Assembly: GCA_964016885.1 (NCBI GenBank)
Contig: OZ024741.1
Span: forward strand, 138,570,001-138,634,000
Reading direction: 5' to 3'
From: Eledone cirrhosa
Taxonomy: Eukaryota
Length of the DNA: 64,000 bases
Each line of letters opens with the position of its first letter. Position 1 is the first letter of the stretch. Shown piece after piece: positions 12,312 through 25,454 of the stretch. Under the pieces are notes generated by a model. That model was given only the letters and a program-made list of their open reading frames with translations, searched no databases and had not been told where the DNA came from. The position numbers and the translations under genes were made by a program.

Positions 12312-12354
12312 GTAATCTACGCGTTTCATTCTTGTTAGAAATCATCAGGACTAC
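12312..12354 (-). ncRNA. Minimal type I hammerhead ribozyme (also at 12622-12664, 12932-12974, 13242-13284)
   Basis: Reverse complement reads gtagtc CTGATGA tttct aaca agaat GAAA cgcg TA gattac. Confidence 0.9.
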
Positions 12355-13575
12355 ATATCCAGTGCTTTTATCGAGAATGACACAGCTAGAGACTTATAGA
12401 ATACTTAGCTGTGTACAGGAACTGGTTTGAAAGAGCGGTTGCCGGTCCGGCAGAAATTAGAAATTGGAATAAATGCTCTGAAATAGCGATATATATGTGA
12501 ATATAGACATAGAATATTCGAAAATATTCTGTATGTTTATAATAAACATTTTGAAGACCTAATCGCTATAGAATAGAATACGTCACGTATTACAATTAGA
12601 TTCTCGATAAAAGCAAGGGAAGTAATCTACGCGTTTCATTCTTGTTAGAAATCATCAGGACTACATATCCAGTGCTTTTATCGAGAATGACACAGCTAGA
12701 GACTTATAGAATACTTAGCTGTGTACAGGAACTGGTTTGAAAGAGCGGTTGCCGGTCCGGCAGAAATTAGAAATTGGAATAAATGCTCTGAAATAGCGAT
12801 ATATATGTGAATATAGACATAGAATATTCGAAAATATTCTGTATGTTTATAATAAACATTTTGAAGACCTAATCGCTATAGAATAGAATACGTCACGTAT
12901 TACAATTAGATTCTCGATAAAAGCAAGGGAAGTAATCTACGCGTTTCATTCTTGTTAGAAATCATCAGGACTACATATCCAGTGCTTTTATCGAGAATGA
13001 CACAGCTAGAGACTTATAGAATACTTAGCTGTGTACAGGAACTGGTTTGAAAGAGCGGTTGCCGGTCCGGCAGAAATTAGAAATTGGAATAAATGCTCTG
13101 AAATAGCGATATATATGTGAATATAGACATAGAATATTCGAAAATATTCTGTATGTTTATAATAAACATTTTGAAGACCTAATCGCTATAGAATAGAATA
13201 CGTCACGTATTACAATTAGATTCTCGATAAAAGCAAGGGAAGTAATCTACGCGTTTCATTCTTGTTAGAAATCATCAGGACTACATATCCAGTGCTTTTA
13301 TCGAGAATGACACAGCTAGAGACTTATAGAATACTTAGCTGTGTACAGGAACTGGTTTGAAAGAGCGGTTGCCGGTCCGGCAGAAATTTATAAACATACA
13401 GAATATTTTCGAATATTCTATGTCTATATTCACATATATATCGCTATTTCAGAGCATTTATTCCAATTTCTAATTTCTGCCGGACCCGCAACCGCTCTTT
13501 CAAACCAGTTCCTGTACACAGCTAAGTATTCTATAAGTCTCTAGCTGTGTCATTCTCGATAAAAGCACTGGATAT

Positions 13576-13618
13576 GTAGTCCTGATGATTTCTAACAAGA
13601 ATGAAACGCGTAGATTAC
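13576..13618 (+). ncRNA. Minimal type I hammerhead ribozyme (second + copy at 13886-13928)
   Basis: gtagtc CTGATGA tttctaacaagaat GAAA cgcg TA gattac, with palindromic stem III ACGCGT and a GUA cleavage triplet. Confidence 0.9.
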
Positions 13619-14064
13619 TTCCCTTGCTTTTATCGAGAATCTAATTGTAATACGTGACGTATTCTATTCTATAGCGATTAGGTCTTCAAAATGTTTATTA
13701 TAAACATACAGAATATTTTCGAATATTCTATGTCTATATTCACATATATATCGCTATTTCAGAGCATTTATTCCAATTTCTAATTTCTGCCGGACCGGCA
13801 ACCGCTCTTTCAAACCAGTTCCTGTACACAGCTAAGTATTCTATAAGTCTCTAGCTGTGTCATTCTCGATAAAAGCACTGGATATGTAGTCCTGATGATT
13901 TCTAACAAGAATGAAACGCGTAGATTACTTCCCTTGCTTTTATCGAGAATCTAATTGTAATACGTGACGTATTCTATTCTATAGCGATTAGGTCTTCAAA
14001 ATGTTTATTATAAACATACAGAATATTTTCGAATATTCTACGTCTATATATATATATATATATA

Positions 14065-14218
14065 GTCCCTTCAATGTATCTTAATTCTCATTCTTTCTTC
14101 TGATGAAGTACTAGCATCCGACACGTTAAGACCCTATTTCTGCTATTTCAAGCGTTACCCTATTATATTTCTTCCATATACTGTACCGATGTTGTTATTT
14201 CTGTTTTCCTTTTACATA
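14065..14218 (+). mobile_element. Solo pLTR-like element with decayed minimal HHR (related to 61443-61632)
   Basis: tctt CTGATGA agtactagcatcc GACA cgt T aaga at 14096-14131. Shares TTTCAAGCGTTA and the TTTTACATATA end with the minus strand of 61443-61632. Confidence 0.6.
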
Positions 14219-14674
14219 TATACATATATGTGTGTGTGTGTGTATTTATGTGTATATGTGTGTGTGTTTAGTTACACAGTTACACAAACACCGTGTATGT
14301 AACATATAAGATATTTTGCTTTTGTCAAGTTACGTTTATAATGATATACCTAGCCACATACAGAGCTGGTGGAATCATTTCTGAATTGAGGTCACTTCTG
14401 TTGTAATGATTAGTTTAGCTGTTTACACTCTAAAAATGGCCAGAAAACTTCGTTATAAGATAAACATAATATGTACATAGAATATAGCGCATCTCCAAAT
14501 AGATGTCTGTTTTGTTAGTTTGGGCAGAAATTATAACTATTGGGGGAAGGGACATATGCCCACCTGGTTTCCATGGCCACATGGGTCCCCAGTTCCACCA
14601 CCCTGTATACATATATATAATTAAAAAAAATATGCCCTGTATCCTTTCCTAACGGGTTAATACTTCGTGCGTCT

Positions 14675-14770
14675 TCATTACTCTAAAGTTTCACCTGCGC
14701 ACTCACAGGATAACCAGTCTTGTCTTCCGATGGTGTGTGTGCACAGGTGAAACTTCAGAGTAACAAGGCT
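14675..14770. mobile_element. Short palindrome of two decayed HHR arms
   Basis: ttactctaaagtttcacctgcgcac / gtgcacaggtgaaacttcagagtaa. The minus arm reads CTGGTTA tcctgtg agtg cgcagg t GAAA ctttagag TA. Confidence 0.55.
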
Positions 14771-15476
14771 CGTCACTTAGCCATAATTAATGAATATTTA
14801 AACTATTCTTCGGTATTAAGTTTTCATTCTTACGTCCGTCAATAATTGACGTACTCTCAGGTCTTGAATAATCTACACCACCCCGCGTAATCATTTTTCA
14901 CATATGTTCCACCCCACCCCCGTTTCACCCCCACCCCCGCTCATTAAATATTGCTAATCTATCTCCGGCAAAATTTGTATTGTATATGATTCATATTGAT
15001 ACAGCTGCTGGAGAATCTAACCATAATTTTATTTATATAGGACACTGTACACTTACACTTACAAAATCTCTCTAGCCCCTCCCTCCATATTCAAACCCCT
15101 CTCTATATCTACAACCACCATATTCTCTCGCTCTCTGTATCTAACATACATAACACTCTTACAATCCCCTTCATTATACGATCATCTCAAAACTTTGAGT
15201 CTCTCCAGATGTTTTATAGTTATAAAGGGGGGTTAGTGCATTTTAATTTACCTTTCCAATCATTATGTATTTTCTACACCTTTCGTAGATATTTTACTCT
15301 GGTAGTTTTCTACCCCTCGTATTCAAAACATACTCTTGTGTGTGTTCTTCTCTATATATTATAGTATGACGAGTCCGGTACTTATACCTTAAGCTCATTA
15401 TATTACAGGGCGTCAACACGTGTCTTTAACACCGTTTTTTTCATTTGATATATATATATATATATATATATACATA

Positions 15477-15619
15477 CAGGTAAAAATCCGTTACAACGAA
15501 TACCATTATAAGGAGTTTTCAGTATAACGAAATTTGTTTCAGTCCCCGAAGTAATCACAAACAAACGCTTGATTTGTTTCTCTCGATCAGTGAATTTTCT
15601 TTATAACGGAATTTCACTG
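15477..15619. mobile_element. Tc1/mariner (pogo/Tigger-type) MITE
   Basis: Imperfect TIRs CAGGTAAAAATCCGTTACAA / TTATAACGGAATTTCACTG in a TA context. Confidence 0.6.
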
Positions 15620-16479
15620 TGTATATATATATAGTCATGTGAGTTCTGTCCTGATAACCAGTGGATATTTGCCACTTTAAACCCGGAGAAGCCTATCGCT
15701 CGACAGGTTTGAACACAGCTGATTTTTTCTGTGACAGAGGGGGATTGATGAAGAGGAATTCGTAACTTTTCATCGACCTTGGCAGGATGAACTCAAACTT
15801 TATCCGACATTCTTAGGTTTTGACAATTCATCTCCTTGATAATAATATTCCAGGCTTTAATGAGGTGGCTGATTGCCTGAAAATATATGGTCGTCTAAAA
15901 AATGGAAACCAAGATGATTTCTAATTTCACAAGAGTAATAATCTTCTTGTGAAGTAATTCTTATTTTCCTAAATAGCTATATAATTCACATTCGTATAGC
16001 AGGTATTTTTTCTATTACAGTACGTTTTTCAAATGTATTTATCCTTCAACTTCACGACCAGTAAGTGGACTGTTGCTGCTGGCGCATTGCCAATGTATTC
16101 GATTTGAAGTATTTCAATAAATGTTGAACGAAATTGCATATCATTTATTTAAAATAATCGCCAGTTTTATGATCAGCATTTATATTTGTACGACCACCTT
16201 ATTTTTGTATGTTTGAAAGTCAGAAAAAGAAATAGTTCATTTGATATTACGCATTTTCTGAATATTACAGCGGTAACAAAGCTACATCTATGCTAAGTTA
16301 ATTTTAGAGAATATTACAGCATTTTGCAAAGTCCACAAGTTATAACTACTTCAAAACAATTACGCCTTAGTGTGGAAATATTCCAGAAAACGAAGCCAAT
16401 GTATTTTAATGAGTAGATTATACGTGTATACCTTAAACACTCACAGCAGTACATGTGTGAAGTCAATGTACATTAGTGT

Positions 16480-16880
16480 TCGTTACGTTTATATACGACT
16501 GATGCTCCTACCACTAATAAGGTGGTGGAGATGTTGGTCTTTCCAAATATATGAAGCCTTAGTAGGTGCGTCATTGGCTGGTGTATTTGGCTCATAATCA
16601 TAGGTCCATGAGTTAGATTCAAAAACTGCGCAGTGCGTTACGGACTGCAGCATGACCTTTTCTTTCAGCTTCGGCAAAAATAAGTTGTACCTACCTAGAA
16701 TTCAAAGGATCTGACAGGCCACACTCTCCCTCGATGAACCCCCAGTCTGATAGTAAGCTTCCGTTATACGTGTCTGTAGAACGTTCAGCCACTTGTATTT
16801 TAATTTCATGAGCCGGGGCTCCCGTTCCTCAAACAACTTTAAACCTTGTCATCGGAAACGACGAATGTCCAACACACACA
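16480..16880 (-). pseudogene. Possible ancient piggyBac-like transposase relic
   Basis: Broken frames (WLNVLQ..YYQTG; FLPKLKEK..CAVFESNSWTYDYEP; LISGRSIS) follow the motif order of the piggyBac DDD domain. Similarity is weak. Confidence 0.3.
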
Positions 16881-17049
16881 CCGTTACAATATGTCGAAGA
16901 GAAATGGAAAACATATCTTACAGTACATTTATGATTTTATTGTCGTCCTAAACCATATTGGCTACAAATGAAAGAACAGAGTAAGATTGAAAAAAATATG
17001 ATACATGCCATATAATTTGTACAACTGATGCTGTACACCAGGTCCGAAC

Positions 17050-17526
17050 ACAGAAGACCCGAACTCCGACTGTCATCGCTTCCGTTACTCTCACCTCCCC
17101 AATCTCTCACTATTGCGAGCAAATAGGGTCCCACACGCTGGCTACCCCATGGTCCCAGTGGACAGAAAGGAGAAAGCATTTCCCCGTATGATCGTAAGGG
17201 AGATGCGCTGGAAAAGCGAGAGCCTCACTCTTCCGGCTAGCCAGCTCAGCGCCTATGGTGGTATGTAGGGAGGTAGCCCTAGGGCCAAGGACACCAGAAG
17301 CCTCCATTGCTAGGGCCTCGACTGCAAACCTGTCGGAGAGCAACCGATATTTGGAGAGTTTACCCGAAGTGTAGCAAAACCTGGGTTGCCGCTGGAGAAT
17401 GAGTCGCTGCAAGTCGCACACCAGCCAGGGGGTTTACTAGTGCGGAATGGAAGATGGTAATACCGTCTGATCTTTTGCCGTCCCCTCGGTCCAGACCCAC
17501 TGGCGTAAGTTGGTAGGGGAAGTCGG
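17050..17526 (-). mobile_element. 3' fragment of a restriction-like-endonuclease non-LTR retrotransposon (CRE-like)
   Basis: L[T]PVGLDRGDGKR[S]DGITIF, W.ATCSDSF, KLSKYRLL, AMEASGVLGP and RGNA correspond to the PD..D..K RLE domain. Confidence 0.8.
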
Positions 17527-17590
17527 TATGTATGTATATGTTGATGTATGTATGTATGTATGTATGCATGTATGTATGTATGTATGTATG

Positions 17591-18196
17591 TCAGGTCACC
17601 AGTTGGTGCAGCTGGTAACATGTATCCCAGTACAACCTGTCTCATGGTCGGGTCGTTGGCGACTAAACTGGCAACCCCACCAAGGTTTCTTGGTGAGGAG
17701 GGTGAATTTTGACATCCTGCAGGACTAAACAACAAACCTGTCAAAGGGCAAAGGAGCTCTTAAGAGTCAATGGACATCCAAAATCACCGAGAGAGATGAC
17801 CCCTTAGCCTTTGTCAAGGCAGAATTCTAGAAGGAAAACTCTGATATAACCCCTGCAACCCTGATGGTATCCAATGATGTTGACTTGTTCTTCTTTTTGG
17901 TAAATATCATCTTGGTTTAGAGAGTGGAACTGGCTTTGTGCAGTACCTTTGCTCACTATAAAAGCTTCACGGCACAGGCATTGCTTTATATCTGGAGATC
18001 TCTCTGCACTTGTCGTCACATGGTACCATGGGCCCAGCACTATGTGTCAATAATTGTCACAAGTGTAGTGTTTGTACCAGAGTTTTCAAGTCACTGGCTG
18101 GACTAAAAAGTCACACTCGTTCAGCGCATCGGTAGGGGTTCTCCTACATGGATATAAAGTAGTGGCCGTACTCGAAAACGAGTTGGCAGCCACCAT
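17591..18196 (+). mobile_element. Copy 3 of the RTE-derived retroposon, embedded in (TATG)n
   Basis: Full-length match to 6196-6803, with (TATG)n on both sides. Confidence 0.85.
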
Positions 18197-20812
18197 GTAT
18201 GTATGTATATATGTAAGTGTGTGTGTTTGTAAGTATGTATGTATGAATGGGCGTATGTATGTTTGAATGGGCGTATGTATGTATGTATGTATGTATGTAT
18301 GTATGCATGTATGTATGTATGTACTGTCCGAATTAAATGCGTTTAAATGCATCTTCTCTTTCTACTATACGTTATTTCTTCAACGCTACTCTATTTATTT
18401 GTCTGAACTTTCGCACGAATTATTTTATTTTCATACTGATCCCAATAATCTGCAATGCCGCTTAACGTTTATTTACTTTGCAAATACCTATTTTGTTGAA
18501 TATGTACACAACACAACGAAAATAAACTGATGTCCAATAAACTTTACAATTTGTTTCTATAATCGATTGTGTTAGAAACTCTCAGAAGAATCACGCTTAT
18601 TTATTTTATTTGATAACATCTTCTAACTTACAGCAAGCTATGCATGTCTTATTTATTGTTGTATTCTCAAGATGATACATTGTACTATTTATGTATTCCA
18701 TATGTAGTTTCCTAAATCCTTTAAAAATATTTTATTTTTCAAACTGCTTCGTGTTGAAACTTGTGTAACAGATCTTTATTTGTGAAATGTTAAAATAGGA
18801 ATCTACTACAAAGCCAAAAATTATATAGTTGTAAGCAGCATTAACTATAATTCCCTTGACTGCATAGTATTGTAATACAAGTCTGTGGTAAATCTCACAA
18901 CTTTTGTTGAATCACAGAATATGGATTAAATATTCGTTATGTATATTCCCGATATCTTATTTTAAAAACTTTATTTTATAACTGCCGTCGTAAACGGGAT
19001 TTAAAGTTCAAAGATAACTTTGGTGATGTTGGCTAAACACTTCTATCTATCACAAATTATCGTGTTACCTCTTGGTGATCAATGCAATACGATTAAGCCA
19101 TTACAAAATATATGGCACAGTAAACGATGCCAAGTCAACGCCTTTGAAGATATGTTATCCAACAGAAGATATATTTATTGTTCCTGGATAGAATCTCCAA
19201 TTCTGCTTAATTCGTCGATGAGGCAGTTGACGGTGGTGACGAATATGAGAAGTTTTGTGTAAGTTACAGATCAGAATTACAACATATGCGTTACCCTCAA
19301 TGTAAATACATAACAATTAACTCAGTAAAGCGTAATCATAGGGAAAATACTATACATGTTGGAATATTATAGATAATGTTAAATGTATATAAATTTGGGA
19401 TATTTACACGAAATTACTGATTTAATGTGTAACACAATTTGTCAAATTGTACAATATGCTTTGATACTTTTAAGCGGCCAACAACAAAACGTGTACAGTT
19501 AAAGCATGACATATTAATATTTGTTAGATCAGGCATTAATAAAGTATTTCTCTGTAGAGACAGAAATACACTGTGTAGAAAACGTAAATTGAACTGGAAT
19601 GTAATGCATTATATGTATCATATTTTTATTGAAAAAAGTTTCATAATCCTAATCAAATATTTCTAGATATTTTATTTCATTAATCCCATATAAATCATGG
19701 TTGTCTAAGTACGACCAATATGTTGATTGTAAATCAAACATTACCTTGACTCATATATCCTACCACCCAATAAAACATCGCAATGTAATTTGAGTCAATG
19801 TTATTTCTATTTTAAACACTTTAAGTGGTGTCATAGATGCTCCCATCGTTAGATCTTTGGATAAAGGGAAAGTAGATTACATCAATATCACAATTTAAAT
19901 GGTACTATACAATATTTGAGAGGGATGGGCTTCGCCAAGCTTAAAATACCCGAGGAACGGCGTATGCCACGGCAGCCAACGACTCCACCAGGAGTTAGGG
20001 GACCGTAATATACACCTACCATATACCCATGGAAGATGAAAGACGGTGGTAAGTTGGTTAGATTTTGAACTGAGAGAGCCGGAACAAATTTAGCAAAGCA
20101 ATTTGTCGGAAACGATAACGATTATGTCAATCGACAGCCCTTCTTCAAATAAAAACCAACGATGGTATATGATATAATGAGGGAAGTATTAGTGTAAATG
20201 AATTACTGTAATTTATTTGTCTATTTTCTATTCCGAGTTCAATTACTAATGGAGACATTGATGACGTCAGGCTAGTGATAACAGTCATGAAATAATCTTA
20301 GAATCATTGATTTGTTTCCACAGTTGTTGCCCCCAAATCATCATAATTATATTAAATGAGGAGGGGAGAATTCCATAATATATATTCCATTTTACAATTC
20401 ATGCAAGCTAAAATCTATTTACTGAAAGAAAAGAACATTTATACGGAAAAATAACATCAATTTGAATATGGAATTAAGCAGGCAAATACATTTGATACGA
20501 CGCATGAATATATTTAAAATCATCACATTTAAATTCCTTTTTTTCCATGCATATTTTTATTTTCTGAAGCTTATGCAGGTTATCAATAACTTCTGTATCA
20601 ACGATGTACCAAGTATACAAAAATACGAAAGGGAATGAAAAAGAATAATATTTTGAAATATACTTTAGCATGTGGTTGTTATATTTATTAGATTGACTTT
20701 GAATTGTTGTTGTCTTTCAATTTCATCCATTTGAATACAAAATGTAAAATATCTTTCACGCTCAATTTTTTCACCCTTTAATTTCGTATTCATGCAAAGA
20801 ATGTATTTACTG

Positions 20813-20814
<2 letters not shown>

Positions 20815-20870
<56 letters not shown>

Positions 20871-20919
20871 GTATACATATATAAATGTATATGTATATAA
20901 ATATATATATATACATATA

Positions 20920-21007
<88 letters not shown>

Positions 21008-21150
21008 GGTATATATATATATATGTGTATATATATAGATAGATATATATATATATACATATATATATATATTTATATATATATATATATGTATATATAT
21101 AGACATATATATATGTATTCATATATATATACATATGTATACATATATAC

Positions 21151-21198
<48 letters not shown>

Positions 21199-21256
21199 GT
21201 ATATATATATATACATACACATATGTATATACCCATATATATATATATATATATCT

Positions 21257-21316
<60 letters not shown>
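20815..21316. repeat. Long compound (TA)n microsatellite
   Basis: Read directly from the sequence. Confidence 0.95.
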
Positions 21317-21804
21317 TGCAATAGTCAGTGCAATCTGTAGCTTTCATTGTTTCATGTAGGCGTATATATGCATCGGAATATACAAAGGAAATCTAAAATG
21401 ATTGTAGAATCGTATTTTTTGTACAAATGATTAAAATTGTTGTAATTTGATTATTGTATGTTTGCAATGTTTCCAGAATATAAGGTTAATATCAATAATT
21501 GCTGAAACACAAAAACGACTTCTAAATTCGATTATTTTCTTATTCAATTATGATTTTTCCTCATTGACACAATGTCACAAATGTTTATTTGAAGGGTGTG
21601 ATCAATTCGATTCCGTATACCACCGTAGATGTTGAGGGGCTGTTATTGGCCAAAGCAGCTCTTTACGTGCTGTGTTCAAATGGTGCCATCGTCGACTTTG
21701 CTTTTAACTTTTCATACATCGACAACTTAAAACACTGGTGTCGATATAATCGATATTTACTTTCCCGAAATTATGTCGGTCATTGCACCTATGTTAAAAA
21801 CCAT

Positions 21805-22020
21805 AAGGGGTTGGACTGGCACTATCAGTAGAACATCATACAATATGCTATGCGTAATATAGTTACGGCTCTTTAAGTTCTAAACCCCAATCCCATTGAG
21901 TTTGGCTTTGCCCTGTCATCCTTATGTGGTCGATAAAATAAAGCTTCTCTGAAAAACTGGGTTCGATTTAATCTAACTTCTCCTCCTCCCAAATTCTTGT
22001 GCCTAAATCAGTAACTGTGA
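21805..22020 (+). mobile_element. Old diverged Nin-type SINE
   Basis: CTTTGCCCTGTCATCCTTATGTGGTCGATAAAATAAAG core and CTTGTGCCTAAA 3' part. Confidence 0.55.
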
Positions 22021-22333
22021 TTATAGTCGATGGCTATAAATTATTGTATATAAAAAATCCGAAAAAATTCCCCTTCAGTCGAGAAGAGTGACAAGCGGTC
22101 GCTACGAAATAGCGAATACTGTACCTTTGATATCTTTTGAGTGTTCGTAACCGTTGATCTGAACGGCCCTCTGCCATAGGCTGTTTCGCACAACCCTGCT
22201 TTACCCAATCTCCTAAGCTATTATATATAACAGCGGTCATTTCGCTATAGGTATTTCTTGCTTGAAATGTGATTTCTACAATTCCTAAGAATTTGAATCT
22301 ACTCAACACTCCAATTTTATAGCTTGGAAATAC

Positions 22334-22381
<48 letters not shown>

Positions 22382-22751
22382 TACAGACACAAACGCACAC
22401 ACACACACACTACACGCTGCTTTATGTATGAATTTACTTATTTTATTATAAAAATGACTTCAACAGGACTAGAACATTCTCACTTGTCAGACATTATCAG
22501 GGATTTCCTGATGACTTCTTACGAATAAAATTACTCTCGTGCTGTAAAAGTTAATTCTAAAAAAAATACATATGCCTCTACCATACTAACTTATTGAGTA
22601 CTTTTTTTTATTTGTGGAACTATGGTCACCTTCCAATAAGCATCGGGAATCCAGCGACCTAACACACACAAACACGCGCACATACACACGCACACACACA
22701 CATACATACAGACACACACATACAGACACACACACACATATACACACACAT

Positions 22752-22782
<31 letters not shown>

Positions 22783-22893
22783 ACCAAAGATTAATATGAC
22801 CATAGATTAATATGATTCATTGATTACTCAATGAATATAGTTTTACAATAGATTAAAAGCACTCTAGAGTCAAGTTTTCTGGAGTTAGTAATA

Positions 22894-23237
22894 TTATTCA
22901 AAATATTAATAAATGAATACGTTCACATAAACAAAATATATGTTTTATTATATATATTTCGGAGGTACTGTACTTTATTTTCAGTACGCCCTCATTAGAT
23001 AAAATATATGAATTGATGTATGACATACCTCAAATGTGTTGATGGTTCAATTTCAGTATTGGTAGACTTAAATATCTTACTATTTGATACTACCAATACT
23101 GAAATTCATACATCAATTCACGTATTTTATCTCATGAGGGCGTACTGAAAAAAACAGCACAGTACCTCCGAATTATATATAATAAAATATATATTTTGAT
23201 TATGTGAACGTATTCATTTATTAATATTTTGAATAAC
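22894..23237. mobile_element. Inverted-repeat pLTR mini-element with two decayed HHRs
   Basis: Arms 22894-23022 and 23106-23237. Consensus ttttat CT(G)ATGA gggcgtactg..cagtacctcc GAAA tatata TA ataaaa, at 22943-23004 (-) and 23125-23187 (+). Confidence 0.8.
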
Positions 23238-24625
23238 ATATACATGTAATATGGAGCTCTTTCAAATTCTTAACTTTAGTAAAACCCTTGTTAACAGCAG
23301 AATTGAGCGAGCTACCTTTTGCCGGCATAAATCAGCAACGAAGTTCCAGAACTTTAGACCAACTGAACTCCATTTTGTACTCCTTATTCCTTTTTATACT
23401 TTTAGCACCTATTACGATATCAAATTATGACGCACTTCATAATTACGTAAGAATAACCTAAGAACATTTGTATTTACATCATTATTTTTATTTTATTTGT
23501 ATTTACATCATTTATTATCTTATATATATACACTTTTCACCATTTGTCTTTGAATTTCTCCACTTAAACATATTTTGTCTCGATCATTTTATCCTATAAT
23601 ATAATACATCTTAAACTAGCTATTTTACATTGTAATGTATATTCGTCCGTATGTTTATTTTATTTTCTCTCTCCTTCATATCCCCAAATTCCTGATTAAT
23701 TTCCATCTCCATCTGCTTCCTCATCCCTCTTAATCTTATCCATTCCTCTTTGCCTATGCTATACCCACCTTCTTTCTTTCTATATATATTTTCTTTATTA
23801 TTAATATTATATTTATTTTGATGTGATAGTTTGATTTCGTAACTTTGCCGGTTATACATTTAACTATATCTTCGTCCCTTCTTTCGTCATTTTCTTTCTT
23901 TCTCTCTCATTTCCATCTGTCCCCCTTCCTTTATTTATTTATCATTAATACTATTATTGATGTAGTAATTTGAATTTTTAAGTTTACCGTTACGCATATA
24001 TTTTATATTTCTTAATAGTTTCTAATGAAATGATTGAAGTTATATGTATTGTAAATTGAATTAGCAATTTATAGAAAACTCTATCATGGAAACAATTGTA
24101 AGACTGTAAATAAATATCCTTGTTTGTACTGTTGACCATGTTATTCTTCACTTTTTTTATTATTCCAAGATATATTTACATAGGAATACAAGCGAAGTCA
24201 TAAAATCGTCACCAACGTAAACATCTTGTTGAGTCACACAGCACCGTACGCTTAAACTATTCATGATAAGTAGTTTTCACAGACTCTTACCGGATTACCT
24301 TTAACGAGTTATTGTTATCCTACATATATATATATATCATAAATTATGTCCATAGAATCATTTGATAAAATATATACAATATTTCCTCTCCCAATTAGCA
24401 TAATTAACCACATAAAAAAAACAATTAGACCAAGCTATAAGAATAAAGGCTCCTATGAAGAAATATTTGATAAATAAATGGCAGCAGCCTCTTCGCGGCC
24501 GACCGCAATAGAGTATTTACCCAACATTTCAACAGCATTTAGAAATCGGCTAAAAATACCGTCAACCATACACAATTTGGTATAAATTTAAAGTTAGAAG
24601 AAATGCGTACCTCTTACCGTGAATA

Positions 24626-24707
24626 TGTCCCTACCCTGGGGTTTCGATCGCGTTTCGAGATATCCTATTAAGGATAACATCTCGAGTATCGAACTCATCA
24701 GGAGACA
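24626..24707 (-). ncRNA. Type I hammerhead ribozyme motif with extended stem II
   Basis: tgtctc CTGATGA gttcg..tcgagatgttatcct taat aggatatctcga..cgatc GAAA cc ccag gg TA gggaca. Lies in a ~520-bp island between (TA)n tracts. Confidence 0.8.
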
Positions 24708-24855
24708 AACTCATAGGACAGGTAATTTTCCAAAGCGATCCCCGCCATAAATAGATTAAAAATGGTTAAGAATCGTGACGTGGCAATGGTCAAGTTAGAA
24801 ATAATGTGATTAGTTGCTTACGGCGAGTGGGCTGGTTGCTAGAAAGCGCAGCCCT

Positions 24856-24924
<69 letters not shown>

Positions 24925-24931
<7 letters not shown>

Positions 24932-25423
24932 AAGTTAAATAAAAGTCAAATGATTAAAATTTAGCTTCGTTTATTACTGCTATATATATTTCAGTGACAG
25001 CCATCTTTGGCTGTGACCTCTTCAGGCAGTTTGAATTAGTATGGTATAGACATGTACATATGTTGTTTAGGTGTATTATATTGTCAATACTCTGATATGC
25101 CCAGTTCCTTGTTGGGTTGTTAATTCACTGAGGAACTGGAGTCATATGACTCCAGTTCGTCAGTCATTTATTTATCAAATATTTCCAGTTCCTATGTACT
25201 TGTCTATACCATACTAATTCAAACTGCCTGAAGAGGTCACAGACAAAGATGGCTCTCACTGAAATATATATAGCAGTAATAAACGAAGCTAAATTTTAAT
25301 CATTTGACTTTTATTTAACTTTATTTTACACTACTCCGGAGTAACCAAACCAACCTGCGCACATCGTCGAGTGCTCCAGCCTGCATACTGAGGGGTTGGT
25401 ATACAACCAACATAAACTCAAAA

Positions 25424-25435
<12 letters not shown>
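24925..25435. mobile_element. Inverted-repeat pLTR element with HHR in each arm
   Basis: Arms 24925-25057 and 25195-25329. actgc CTGAAGA ggtcacagcca aaga tggctgtcact GAAA tatata TA gcagt at 24976-25030 (-) and 25223-25277 (+). (TA)n flanks. Confidence 0.88.

Positions 25436-25454
<19 letters not shown>

Larger units (their letters stand above)
12153..14047. mobile_element. Retrozyme-like tandem array: 310-bp unit x ~4 (12153-13388) then inverted x ~2.1 (13389-14047), one hammerhead per unit
   Basis: Period 310 (GGAAT ends at 12160, 12470, 12780, 13090). Units are near-identical, and (TA)n lies on both flanks. Confidence 0.92.

Noticed and set aside
12153-14047. CRISPR array or simple satellite interpretation
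   Set aside because: Units are identical with no variable spacers, the context is eukaryotic, and the HHR content points to a retrozyme.
14648-14660. GGGTTAA as a piggyBac terminus for the 16.5-16.9 kb relic
   Set aside because: No matching TTAACCC partner end was found.
22075-22122. HHR-like strings here and at about 22505, 31265-31315, 41438-41478 and 55233-55290
   Set aside because: Cores or stems are too degenerate to call individually, although some lie where a PLE 3' pLTR is expected.
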